From a virus: DNA of 64,000 bases. The stretch is taken from IMG/VR virus record IMGVR_UViG_3300012931_000018, positions 23,946 through 87,945 of that record; one strand, written 5' to 3'. A program made the position numbers and the translations under genes. Positions 9,706 through 19,610 of this stretch are shown here, one piece after another (position 1 is the first letter of the stretch; every line of letters begins with the position of its first letter). Below the pieces are notes generated by a model. That model did not search any database. It was not told where the DNA came from and worked only from the letters and a program-made list of their open reading frames with translations.

Positions 9706-10325
9706 AAACTATATTTTCTAAAATTATTTTATTGAGTTCAATTTTAATATTAGTATTATCCTTAAATGGATGTGGATTAATTACTGGAATGATATTCCAA
9801 GATGACCCTAATAAGTATTATAAACCAGATACCACATTAATCACACAAACTGATTCAGTGTATCCAGATTTAGATTATGATAATTTATATGGATATGATG
9901 AATCAGCGGAAATGAAAATTGATTCTTCTGAAATTAAAAAAATGAAAAATAATATCGATAGTCTTAAAACAATATTAAATAGTGTTATCGGAGAAAAGAA
10001 TAAAATTTTATTTGATTTTGATATAGAGAAAAATATAAAAGAAAATAATATCTTATCAATACAATCAAAAATGTATAAATTAAAAAATATAATAGATAGT
10101 CTGGAACAAAATACAACTGATTCTACTTTGCTTAAGCAATTAAATGATGCTAAATTATATATAGCTAAAAATGATTCTGCTATGGTAAATGCTATGAAGA
10201 AAAATAAAAATATGATAGGATCAATTGGTGATGAAAAGAATACATTAATAATGGGTATGTGTTTGATTGCAATATCGTTTATTATTTTATTTGTATATAG
10301 CATCTTTAATAAAAAGAAATCTTAA
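9702..10325 (+). CDS. Lipoprotein with coiled coil and C-terminal TM helix; unimolecular-spanin-like
   Basis: Lipobox LNGC, heptad-rich middle, C-terminal TM followed by basic tail, adjacent to endolysin. Confidence 0.6.
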   Translation: MKTIFSKIILLSSILILVLSLNGCGLITGMIFQDDPNKYYKPDTTLITQTDSVYPDLDYDNLYGYDESAEMKIDSSEIKKMKNNIDSLKTILNSVIGEKNKILFDFDIEKNIKENNILSIQSKMYKLKNIIDSLEQNTTDSTLLKQLNDAKLYIAKNDSAMVNAMKKNKNMIGSIGDEKNTLIMGMCLIAISFIILFVYSIFNKKKS

Positions 10326-10401
10326 AGGGTATTATTGCCATATTTTTTTTCTTTTATTAATAGATGACAATTATTTTTATTACACAAGAATGGAATTAAT
10401 T

Positions 10402-11028
10402 ATGAGAACACTAAAACTTGTCAGGGATTATATAAAAAGTTTTGAATCGTTAAAATTAACAGCTTACCTATGCCCAAGTAGTGTTTGGACTATTGGATTT
10501 GGAACAACTATCTATCCTAATTATCAACGGGTAAAAGAAGGTGATAAATGCACTATTGAACAAGCTGAAGAATATTTTAATCACAATATTAATGAAATAG
10601 AAAAATTCTTAAATAATAAAATAAAATTAATTGTTGATGACTTAACTGATTATGAATATAGTGCATTAGTTAGTTTAATCTATAATATTGGAAGTGGAAA
10701 TTTTGAACATAGTAAGGTTTTTTATTACTTACAAAGAAAAGATCATTGGTATGCTGCTAATTCGTTTCTTGATCATATATATGCTTGGGATAAAAATAAA
10801 AAGTGTCGTGTAAAATTAAAAGGTCTTGAAATAAGAAGAAAAAAAGAAGTAGAAATTTTTAATTATAATAAATATGAAAAAGTTGTTAGTAAAACTGTTA
10901 AGCCGATTGAGAAAATAATTGATTTTAATTTTGCTAAAAAAATAATTGTAAAAGGACTTACAAAGATATATAATATAAAAGAAAATATTTTGGTAATGCC
11001 TAAATATTTGGATGAAAGAATTTTATAA
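10402..11028 (+). CDS. Endolysin, GH24 phage lysozyme
   Basis: FESLKLTAYLCPSSVWTIGFGTT (E-x8-C-x5-T triad), ALVSLIYNIGSG, GLEIRRKKE; start refined from track 10267. Confidence 0.92.
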   Translation: MRTLKLVRDYIKSFESLKLTAYLCPSSVWTIGFGTTIYPNYQRVKEGDKCTIEQAEEYFNHNINEIEKFLNNKIKLIVDDLTDYEYSALVSLIYNIGSGNFEHSKVFYYLQRKDHWYAANSFLDHIYAWDKNKKCRVKLKGLEIRRKKEVEIFNYNKYEKVVSKTVKPIEKIIDFNFAKKIIVKGLTKIYNIKENILVMPKYLDERIL

Positions 11029-11063
11029 TTTATTAATCTATTATTAATCTAAGAGGCAATAAG

Positions 11064-11399
11064 ATGAAAGAAATAATAATAACAACAGTTGTTACATTAT
11101 TGTTAACAACAGGAACAAGCTTCATAGTTTCATTAATTAAGAAAGGTCAATTTGAAACATGGGGAATTGCTTGTGGTAAGGCACTTAGTAAAATAGGTGA
11201 TTTAAAGTTAGGTAGAAGTAAATGGGAAAAAGTTGAAGATGCATTAATGATTGCTATTGTATCATTTGCTCAAGGTTTGAAAAAAGGTGCTGATTTAGAT
11301 GATAGTTTATCAGATGATGAAGTAAAAGCTCAAGTTGAAGCAGGTGCTCAAAGAATTGCCCGACGTTCTAATTCTGAAAAAAACAAGGCATCAAGTTAA
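11064..11399 (+). CDS. Putative holin / membrane protein
   Basis: N-terminal TM, charged C-terminus, directly after endolysin. Confidence 0.45.
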   Translation: MKEIIITTVVTLLLTTGTSFIVSLIKKGQFETWGIACGKALSKIGDLKLGRSKWEKVEDALMIAIVSFAQGLKKGADLDDSLSDDEVKAQVEAGAQRIARRSNSEKNKASS

Positions 11400-11437
11400 T
11401 GCTGTTAAAAATATAATACACAGGAAAGGTTTTTATT

Positions 11438-13216
11438 ATGGCACGTACATTAACAAAAAAGCAGCCAACAAGAAAAATATTTGTAAATGGACTGATGGAT
11501 ATTCTTTCAGCACCAAGTGATAATGAACAATTAATAGATAACAGTGATTGGATTGAAATTCCTGTACCAATAGATTATTTTTGTGAAAAATATTTAGGTG
11601 AACCTTTATTTGATAAGCAGAGTGAATTTTCCAGTGCAATGATTGATGGGACTAAAAGAAAACTTGCAGGGAAACCTATTATAACAACGCGATGGAATAG
11701 GCAATATGACGAAGGTCATGCCTTTTGGGGCAAGGGATCAGGCAAAGATAGAACGATTGCAAAAATTGTTGTTTATATAGGGTACAAATTAAAATGTCAT
11801 AAGAATCCTCAAAAATGGTTAAGAGAAAAATATGGTGCATCGATAGGTGATGATGATAATTTAGATATTGCTAATATTTCTATTAATGCACGTCAAGCAC
11901 AAAATGTATTTTTTAAGAAACTAAAATCATTTGTAAAGAAATGCAAGAATCCTAAAACTAAAAAGAATTGGTTTGAAGAACATGGCATGGATTTAAGGGA
12001 TGGTTATGATATCTTGCAAAATGAAATAAGATTTAGTGATTCAATAACAGCACATTCTTTAAATTCAGAAACATATACAGGTGAAGGACTTAATTTATTA
12101 ATAGTAGTAATAGATGAATATGGTGGATTCCCTGAAAAGAGAGCTTCTGATTTATATGATAGTTTAAGAACTTCTGTTGATTCACGTTTCCCTGGCGGTA
12201 TTGGGAAGTTAATGATTTTGTCATATAAATATCACAATAATGATCCAATGGATATTATATACAAGCAAGGTTCAAAAGAAGAAACAACATTTTCTTCTAA
12301 AGCATCAACATGGGATATAAATCCATTAAGAAAGAAAACTGATTTTGCTAAGCAATATAAAAAGAATCCTGAAAAGGCAAAGATGACATTCGAATGTGAA
12401 GGCGGTGATATTGAAGGTGGTTATGTTACTAAGAAATATTTATTGTCTAAAGGTTTTGACCCACATTATGTTAATCCTATTGTTGGAGATTTACTATCTA
12501 TAAAATCAAGCCATCTTACAAGTTTAAAATTTCATTCAGATTTTCAACCAGCAGTAGGAAAAATATATGCAGCACGTTTTGACTTAGCTACTGGAAAAAG
12601 AGATGGAAAAAGAGATATGGCAGGATTTGCTTTAGTACATCCTGAAAAAATGTTTCCGGTTTTTGATCCAAGATTAAAACGCGATTTAGCTAAAGAAGGT
12701 ATAGTGATTGAATTTGCAGAAGGAACCGAACAAAATCCTGTTGCGAGAAAAGGAATTCTAACAGACCTTGCTTTTCAAATAGTTGCTCCAACTGGTTCGG
12801 AAATTCAATTCAGTGATTTAAGGGAATTTGTATTGATGTTGAAAAAATTAGGGTGGAATATTGTTTATACAACTTATGATGGATGGGAAAGTAGAGATTC
12901 AATACAAATAATGAATCAAAATGGAATTGACGCATATCAAAGTTCGGTTGATAGAAATAATGATGCTTATGATTTGTGGAAAGAATTAATGTATCAGCAA
13001 TTATGGAAATGTTATCCACAATCAATAGCACAACGTGAAGCTAAAGAATTAATTTTAACTGATCAAGGTAAAGTTGATCATCCTGAAAAATCATGGCAAA
13101 GATTTTTAATGGAAGGGATTAATCTTGGCTCTAAGGATGTTATGGATAGTATTGTTGGAGCAGTTCAATGTGCATATGAAAAAATACCTATTGAAGCAGA
13201 TATATTTTTCGGATAA
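11438..13216 (+). CDS. terL: Terminase large subunit
   Basis: Walker A WGKGSGKD, Walker B IVVIDE, RNase H-like nuclease acids (ARFDLA, SKDVMD); upstream of portal. Confidence 0.9.
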   Translation: MARTLTKKQPTRKIFVNGLMDILSAPSDNEQLIDNSDWIEIPVPIDYFCEKYLGEPLFDKQSEFSSAMIDGTKRKLAGKPIITTRWNRQYDEGHAFWGKGSGKDRTIAKIVVYIGYKLKCHKNPQKWLREKYGASIGDDDNLDIANISINARQAQNVFFKKLKSFVKKCKNPKTKKNWFEEHGMDLRDGYDILQNEIRFSDSITAHSLNSETYTGEGLNLLIVVIDEYGGFPEKRASDLYDSLRTSVDSRFPGGIGKLMILSYKYHNNDPMDIIYKQGSKEETTFSSKASTWDINPLRKKTDFAKQYKKNPEKAKMTFECEGGDIEGGYVTKKYLLSKGFDPHYVNPIVGDLLSIKSSHLTSLKFHSDFQPAVGKIYAARFDLATGKRDGKRDMAGFALVHPEKMFPVFDPRLKRDLAKEGIVIEFAEGTEQNPVARKGILTDLAFQIVAPTGSEIQFSDLREFVLMLKKLGWNIVYTTYDGWESRDSIQIMNQNGIDAYQSSVDRNNDAYDLWKELMYQQLWKCYPQSIAQREAKELILTDQGKVDHPEKSWQRFLMEGINLGSKDVMDSIVGAVQCAYEKIPIEADIFFG

Positions 13217-13227
13217 AGGATAAGATT

Positions 13228-13428
13228 ATGAAAATAAATAAAGAAGAATTTAATAAAAAAGAATATGAAGCAAATTTATTTGCTTGCTATTTATTAATTC
13301 CTAAAGAAAAATTTGATAGTGAAATTAAAAACGGGAATAATACAGTAATAGGTCTTGCTGATTATTTTAATGTTCCAATACTTTCTATTTTGTTTTATGC
13401 AAGGCAGCTTAAATATCGAATAACTTAA
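13228..13428 (+). CDS. ImmA/IrrE (peptidase M78)-like C-terminal fragment lacking HExxH
   Basis: EYEANLFACYLLIP...LADYFNV pattern; only 66 aa. Confidence 0.65.
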   Translation: MKINKEEFNKKEYEANLFACYLLIPKEKFDSEIKNGNNTVIGLADYFNVPILSILFYARQLKYRIT

Positions 13429-13444
13429 ACACAGGAAAAATAAA

Positions 13445-13999
13445 ATGAACAATCAAAATAATAATCAAGCACCATTACCACTTGATGGAAATGATGGTAC
13501 TAATAATGAATTAAATAAAGAGTTGGAAGATGGCACAATTGAACTTGAAGGAAATAGCAATAAACAAAGTTCTTTCATTAGTGACGAAAGAAGCAAAGAA
13601 TCTATTCAACAAATATCTGGTGAAGTCGAAATTGCAGCGCCAGACAGAAGATTCAAAAAATCTTCAAAAGGAATTGGACGAAATGAGTCAGGAAAAAATA
13701 AACAATTGGAAAATGAATTCAAGCGACAAAATAAAAAACAAAATAAAATAAAAAGAAATAGTCAAAGGATAAAAAATATTAAAATGCTATTTAGATTTGA
13801 TGGCAATAATATATTGTTTAGTTTAATTAAAAAATTATTTGGTTTGGTAGATGTTATTTTGAATATTGTAACTATTTCAGCTATGGTGATTGGATTATAT
13901 TGGGCAATTAAATATATAATTGATGGTAACTATTATATGGTTGCTGCTTGTTGCTTATTTATTTTTATAGTTGCATATGTAAATGAAAAAATACAATAA
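13445..13999 (+). CDS. Membrane protein (charged N-terminus, two C-terminal TM helices)
   Basis: Hydropathy pattern; ACACAGGA upstream. Confidence 0.6.
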   Translation: MNNQNNNQAPLPLDGNDGTNNELNKELEDGTIELEGNSNKQSSFISDERSKESIQQISGEVEIAAPDRRFKKSSKGIGRNESGKNKQLENEFKRQNKKQNKIKRNSQRIKNIKMLFRFDGNNILFSLIKKLFGLVDVILNIVTISAMVIGLYWAIKYIIDGNYYMVAACCLFIFIVAYVNEKIQ

Positions 14000-14018
14000 T
14001 ATAAAATGAGGTTAGGAA

Positions 14019-15578
14019 ATGATATCATTAAAAAAATCTTTACCAGCTGTTGATATATATAAATCTAATTCAAAAATTTCTGTATTAGATAGCGATGAAT
14101 TAGGATATGGCAGCAGAACAAACACTGGAGAAAAAGATTCATATGCGCAAAAATTAGCAGCCAGAGGACTTTCTTTTGAAGAAATGGAAATGATTTATGT
14201 GGCTAATGTATGGGTAAGATCAGCTGTGGATAGAATTGTTGAAAGAGTCTCCGGTGTACAACCATTAATTAAACCACTTGGATTAAAGATAGAAGATTAT
14301 CAGGATGGTAAAGTTCCCGATAGTGTAAAAAGAGATATGGATGCTATTGGTGAATTAATAATAAGACCAAATGATAATAATGAAACATTTACAGATATAA
14401 GAAAAAAATATTCAAGAGATTTATTGAAATTTGATGCCTCTGCTATTGAAATTGTAACCGATATGGATATAAATAGAAGTAAAAATAAGGCAAGACTTTA
14501 TAATGTGTCGGGTGATCAGGTAAAAGTAAATGTTGATAACAATGGAATGATAAAAAATTATAAACAAGTAAAAAGAAATATGCAAGTTGTTGCCACGTGG
14601 TCTAAATCTGAAATGATTTATGGAATGTTAAATCCACAATCAAATAAAGTATATGGTTTAAGTCCGGCGGAATCTCTAATCCAAACAGTAACTGCTGAAT
14701 TATATGCAAGTCAATATCAATTAGATTTTTATTATAACAACGCAACACCAAGATTTGCTGTAATGATGGAAGGACTTGGAATTGGACAAGGTTCAACTGC
14801 AATGAACAGATTTAGAAAATGGTGGGATGATGAATTAAGAGGCAATCCACATCGTCCTATTATTCTTGGAACTGAAAATGGGAAAATTTCATTTCAACAA
14901 GTTGGTCTTTCTAATCAAGATATGGAATTTCAACAATATAGTATTTGGTTATTGAATAAGATTTGTTCTGTATATAAAATAATGCCATCGTTAATTGTTT
15001 CATTACCATCTTTACAAAATAAAGGTGAATATAAAGATATGAATGATCAGTTTAATCTTGAAGCTATTAAACCACATCTATCTTTATTTGCAGAGCAAGT
15101 AAATCAGCAAATTATTTTTTCTGAAGATGTTATGGGAATAAAAAGTGCATATCTTGATTTTGATCTTGTTATTGGTGATAAAAAAGAACAAGCGGAAATT
15201 CATGAACGTTATGCGCGTATGGGTGTTTTAACAATTAATGATATTAGAACACGCGGATTAGGATTAGCTCCAGTACCTTGGGGTAATGTTCCTTATCTTC
15301 AAAATAATTTAGCACCATTTGGTGCAGGGAAAAATGGTCAAGTTTTGCCGGGCAATTTAGATGAAGCAAATCAACAACTTAATGATGGTATTTCTGTTGA
15401 TGATATATCTAATGTTCCAAATACATCAATAGCATCTAAAAAAATAATTGAGCAATACTTATCTAAAACTAATAAACCTATTGGGTGGGAAAATTTAGAA
15501 GTAAATGAAAGACTTTTTATTGTTGAAAAATTATTAAAAGAAAAAGAAGATTGGTTGTCTAAAGTATATATTTATTAA
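14019..15578 (+). CDS. Portal protein (HK97-like)
   Basis: YGLSPAE, FYYNNATP, DMEFQQ, GVLTINDIR motifs; position after TerL. Confidence 0.92.
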   Translation: MISLKKSLPAVDIYKSNSKISVLDSDELGYGSRTNTGEKDSYAQKLAARGLSFEEMEMIYVANVWVRSAVDRIVERVSGVQPLIKPLGLKIEDYQDGKVPDSVKRDMDAIGELIIRPNDNNETFTDIRKKYSRDLLKFDASAIEIVTDMDINRSKNKARLYNVSGDQVKVNVDNNGMIKNYKQVKRNMQVVATWSKSEMIYGMLNPQSNKVYGLSPAESLIQTVTAELYASQYQLDFYYNNATPRFAVMMEGLGIGQGSTAMNRFRKWWDDELRGNPHRPIILGTENGKISFQQVGLSNQDMEFQQYSIWLLNKICSVYKIMPSLIVSLPSLQNKGEYKDMNDQFNLEAIKPHLSLFAEQVNQQIIFSEDVMGIKSAYLDFDLVIGDKKEQAEIHERYARMGVLTINDIRTRGLGLAPVPWGNVPYLQNNLAPFGAGKNGQVLPGNLDEANQQLNDGISVDDISNVPNTSIASKKIIEQYLSKTNKPIGWENLEVNERLFIVEKLLKEKEDWLSKVYIY

Positions 15579-15593
15579 TAATAGGTTTATATC

Positions 15594-17339
15594 ATGTGTG
15601 AACTATGTGAACAAAAATCATTACCTATAAGAACATATAATATTGCTAATAAATTAGCAGATATTATATTTAGAAAAAAATATGAAGATAATCCTGTATT
15701 CTTTTTTATGGATTGGATAATACTTCAAGAAGAAAAATTGCAATTATTGATAGAACAATGGTTGGATGATCAAAAGAATGAAACAATAAAAAAGTTTGAT
15801 GAATTGGCTGAAAAATTTACTGAAAAAAGAGCAGAGTATGATTCGGAATATTTATCTTTAACAGATAAGTTAAATAAATTTTCATTTGATCCAAAAATAA
15901 TTTATGCACAATTTTGGAATTTTAGATTTGAACGATACACTTTCCCAATTGAATTAAAAGATATTATTAAATCCGGAAATAAGATTTCAGATAATATTGA
16001 AATAATAAGTGCTATAAATACAAATCCATTTTTAGAAGCTATTGATCAGGCAAGTCTTGATGCTTTATCACAAGGTGGTCAATCAGCATTCACTTCAATT
16101 AATATTAATATACAATTTAATATGAGAGATAAATTGATTGAGAATGCTATAAAAAATTCACATATAGTATTATCTGATCAGGTTAAACAAAATTTACAAT
16201 CTAAAATTAAATTTGAATTATATACTGGTGTTAAAAATGGAGAGAGTTTAAAACAATTGCGTGATAGAGTTTTGTCTGTGTATGATAAACCTATTACTGT
16301 AAATGTTCCACCTAAGATTAAAGATAATGAAATTATTAGATCAGGTTACTCTTATCAAATGTCGCCTAAAGATTGGGCTGCTGCTGTTGCTGGAACAGAA
16401 GTTGCAAAAGGCTTTATGGAAGGCAAACTTGAAGGATATAGACAGATGGGAGTTGTTGAGCAAGTTCAATTCATAACAACACCAGATGAACGTATGTGTG
16501 AACAATGTGGTGAATATACGGATAAAGTTTTTAGATTAGATGAAGCTGGTGGATTAATCCCATTACATCCACGTTGTCGTTGTACTCTTATTCCTTATTT
16601 CCCTAAAGAAAATATTGAAAGTGTTAGAAACAAAGCTACTGAAAATATTAATAATTATTATGCACCTGATTTAACAAGTAATTTAGTTAAGTATGAAGAT
16701 GAAATTGCTGATTTGAAAAAAGGAAAATTATATATAGTTGATAAAAATGGGAACATGCTTTATACTAAAACAGGTTCTTCAAGTAAAATAAAAATAAATA
16801 AAGATGTTTTATCAAAAATAAAAGATAATATAATAACTCATAATCATACTATGGGTAATCCGGCATTTTCATCATCTGATATAAGTCTTGCTATTAAATT
16901 TAATGCTAAACAAATGCGTGCCGTTTCTGGAAAAACTAATCAAATAGGAATTATGACAAGACCTAAAAATGGATGGGGTAATATTGACTATAATAATATT
17001 GCTAAATTATATGAACAAGTAGATCAGCAAATAGCATTGGAAAATTCATCAAAAATTTTATCTGAAAAACTTGATTCAGCTAAAGCGGAATTAGAACATT
17101 ATATAAATGTTAATAAAAGAATATCAGAACAACTTGGATATAAGTTTAATGTTGTTGATTTGAAAAGAATTAAAAAATCTATGAAGTTTTATAAATCAGC
17201 TGTAAATGATATAATGGATGAACCAATTATTATAGATGATTCAATTCTTAAAACAAAACATTATACTAAAGAAAAATTAAAAGAGTTATTTGATTATTAT
17301 GAATATTTCAAGGGCATGTTTGACTTGATTAGTAAGTGA
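15594..17339 (+). CDS. MuF/SPP1 gp7-like minor head protein with C-terminal JAB/MPN-like extension
   Basis: DERMCEQC...IPLHPRCRCTL MuF signature; C-terminal ITHNHT-x5-FSSSDI. Confidence 0.85.
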   Translation: MCELCEQKSLPIRTYNIANKLADIIFRKKYEDNPVFFFMDWIILQEEKLQLLIEQWLDDQKNETIKKFDELAEKFTEKRAEYDSEYLSLTDKLNKFSFDPKIIYAQFWNFRFERYTFPIELKDIIKSGNKISDNIEIISAINTNPFLEAIDQASLDALSQGGQSAFTSININIQFNMRDKLIENAIKNSHIVLSDQVKQNLQSKIKFELYTGVKNGESLKQLRDRVLSVYDKPITVNVPPKIKDNEIIRSGYSYQMSPKDWAAAVAGTEVAKGFMEGKLEGYRQMGVVEQVQFITTPDERMCEQCGEYTDKVFRLDEAGGLIPLHPRCRCTLIPYFPKENIESVRNKATENINNYYAPDLTSNLVKYEDEIADLKKGKLYIVDKNGNMLYTKTGSSSKIKINKDVLSKIKDNIITHNHTMGNPAFSSSDISLAIKFNAKQMRAVSGKTNQIGIMTRPKNGWGNIDYNNIAKLYEQVDQQIALENSSKILSEKLDSAKAELEHYINVNKRISEQLGYKFNVVDLKRIKKSMKFYKSAVNDIMDEPIIIDDSILKTKHYTKEKLKELFDYYEYFKGMFDLISK

Positions 17340-17439
17340 TTAAATATAGTTATCCTTTTAGGATATTGACTGTTATTATTTTTCTATTTCATTACACTAC
17401 CATTTATATTAATAGCGGGAATAAAAATAGGTTTTCAAA

Positions 17440-18903
17440 ATGCCATATACATCAACTAATTATCCAGCACAATTAAAAAATTTACCTGCTGGTGCAAGGG
17501 AATTATGGATAAGAACATTTAATGCTGTATTGGAATCTACTCATAATGAAAACTCAGCGCGTCAAGCTGCTTGGAGTAATGTAAAAAATAAATATAAAAA
17601 AGTTGGGAATAAATGGGTGAAGAAAAGTATTAATTTTATTATAGATTTATTTAAAAAAGAAACTATGGTTTTACAAACTTTAATATTTGATAAAAATAAA
17701 TTTTCTTCTAAAGATGATGCAATTAATTGGGCAACGAATCATGGATTTAAACATGACTCAATTAGAGAAACTGGATCAAGTTATCGATTGCGTCAAGTAT
17801 CTAAAAATGATTTTATACCTAATACATATAGAACAAAGAATATGTCTGATGGTGTTACTGCTGTCTATGGAAAATTAAAAGTGAATAATAAAAAATCATT
17901 TAATTATGAGGATGAAATGAAAATAAAAACTGATAATATTATTATCAAAAAGAATGGTGTAACTGAAATTACCAACAATTCGGAAGATCAAGGAATATTT
18001 AAGGCATTTATTCCATTGGTAAAAAAGAATGGTAGTTATATCATAAAGAAAAGTGAAGGTGAAGGAATGCCGGAAAATTATTTTTTAGTTGGTGAGGCAT
18101 CTAACACTAAAGTTGATAAAGCTGATGATCGAATGTCAAAGAATTTTGTAAGATCGATGAAAGCACAAATACAAGGTTTGAATGTATTTGCTGAGCATGA
18201 ATATGATATTGAAAAAACATTAGGATATGTTTCAGCAACTGATGGAAATGATGATATGGTTATTGTAGAAACTGCTTTAGAAAATCCTGCTGAAAATTCA
18301 CTTGTTGATAAGATAATAAAGAAGATAGCACATGGAACTAAAATATATTATTCTGTTGCTGGTAAAATAACTAAAGCATGTAAAAAAATTGATGAGTCTT
18401 TAAATAAAACTGTTAGAGAAATTGAAGATGGAATAATTTATGAAGTTTCCTTAACCGCTCTACCAGAAGGTGATGTAGGGTTTGTATCACCAATAATGAA
18501 ATCATTTAAGACATTTATGAAAGCAATAGATTCGAAAGATGATGATAATGATTTAGATGAAGATGAAGAAAATGAAGATGAAGATGAAGATGAAGAATTA
18601 GAAGATGAAGAAACTGATATCAATAAAAATGCATCAAATCTTGAAAACTTTTCTAAAGCATTACAAGAAATGATGCAAAGTCATGATATTAGTGATAAAA
18701 TATATACTTTATTTTATACTTTCCGTGAGGCGATGTATCAAGTTACAAATGATGAAAATCTTAAACCAGCAGAAAAGAAAGAAAAAATAATGAATCTGGC
18801 TTCTGAATATGGAACAGAAGTTGAAAATTTATCTAATCAATTAGCTGAATTGACTGAAACGATTAATCAGCAGTTGTCATCTGAAAGTAGTTCAACTGAA
18901 TAA
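17440..18903 (+). CDS. Prohead protease with N-terminal ChaB domain
   Basis: Residues 1-62 ChaB-like (LPAGARELWIRTFN...AAWSNVKNKYKK..KW); HK97-type protease motifs (EHE, YSVAG, YEVSLT..P); acidic linker. Confidence 0.8.
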   Translation: MPYTSTNYPAQLKNLPAGARELWIRTFNAVLESTHNENSARQAAWSNVKNKYKKVGNKWVKKSINFIIDLFKKETMVLQTLIFDKNKFSSKDDAINWATNHGFKHDSIRETGSSYRLRQVSKNDFIPNTYRTKNMSDGVTAVYGKLKVNNKKSFNYEDEMKIKTDNIIIKKNGVTEITNNSEDQGIFKAFIPLVKKNGSYIIKKSEGEGMPENYFLVGEASNTKVDKADDRMSKNFVRSMKAQIQGLNVFAEHEYDIEKTLGYVSATDGNDDMVIVETALENPAENSLVDKIIKKIAHGTKIYYSVAGKITKACKKIDESLNKTVREIEDGIIYEVSLTALPEGDVGFVSPIMKSFKTFMKAIDSKDDDNDLDEDEENEDEDEDEELEDEETDINKNASNLENFSKALQEMMQSHDISDKIYTLFYTFREAMYQVTNDENLKPAEKKEKIMNLASEYGTEVENLSNQLAELTETINQQLSSESSSTE

Positions 18904-18974
18904 ACTTTTGTTAAACTTAATTCAAAAAGACATATTAATTAAAAATAACTAAACAAAAAAGTATGGAGTTAAAA

Positions 18975-19532
18975 ATGAAAAAGAAAATTGATGCAAAATT
19001 AATTGCTAAGGCATTGACTGATACACTTACTAATATGGCTAAATCTGCTGCTGATGCAATAAAAGATGATCAAGATAAAAAAGATGGGAACGCTGGAGAT
19101 AATAAAAATAATCCACCCGTAACAAATGTTTCTAAAAACATAGAAATAAAAATTGATGAAGCAAAGTTAGCAGAAGAAATTGCAAAACGACTTAATTTAT
19201 CTGACGATAATTCAGATGATGCTAATGATGATTCTGTTGATGATTCAAAAGTACCTTCTGAAGAACAAATAAGCAGTGCTGTAAAAGATGTTGCTAAAAA
19301 ATTAGGCATTAAACCTTCTGATATTCAAATCACAGCTAAAGGTGTAAAAAAATCTAAAACTAATGCTGATGATGAAAATGATGAAGAAAGCGATGAAGAA
19401 TTTGCTAAAAAACTTATTGGTGAAGATAATGATTATGAATCAGATGAATATAAAAAGAAATTTAGCAAAATGTCTTCAGAGGAAAAAGATGCTGAACTTG
19501 ATGATTATTTCGGGAATATATTAGCAAGATAA
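18975..19532 (+). CDS. Capsid scaffolding-like protein
   Basis: Acidic/charged helical protein between protease and MCP; start refined using GGAG SD. Confidence 0.6.
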   Translation: MKKKIDAKLIAKALTDTLTNMAKSAADAIKDDQDKKDGNAGDNKNNPPVTNVSKNIEIKIDEAKLAEEIAKRLNLSDDNSDDANDDSVDDSKVPSEEQISSAVKDVAKKLGIKPSDIQITAKGVKKSKTNADDENDEESDEEFAKKLIGEDNDYESDEYKKKFSKMSSEEKDAELDDYFGNILAR

Positions 19533-19610
19533 ATCATTATTAACATTAGTAAAAGTAAAAATAAAAATAAAAATAAAAATATTTATTGATAATTTAAATC
19601 GGAGTTAAAA

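Noticed and set aside
9258-11437. Terminase small subunit
   Set aside because: No upstream ORF shows a recognisable TerS pattern; not assigned
18535-18615. GAAGAT/GATGAA microsatellite-like run
   Set aside because: Simply encodes the acidic linker of the protease
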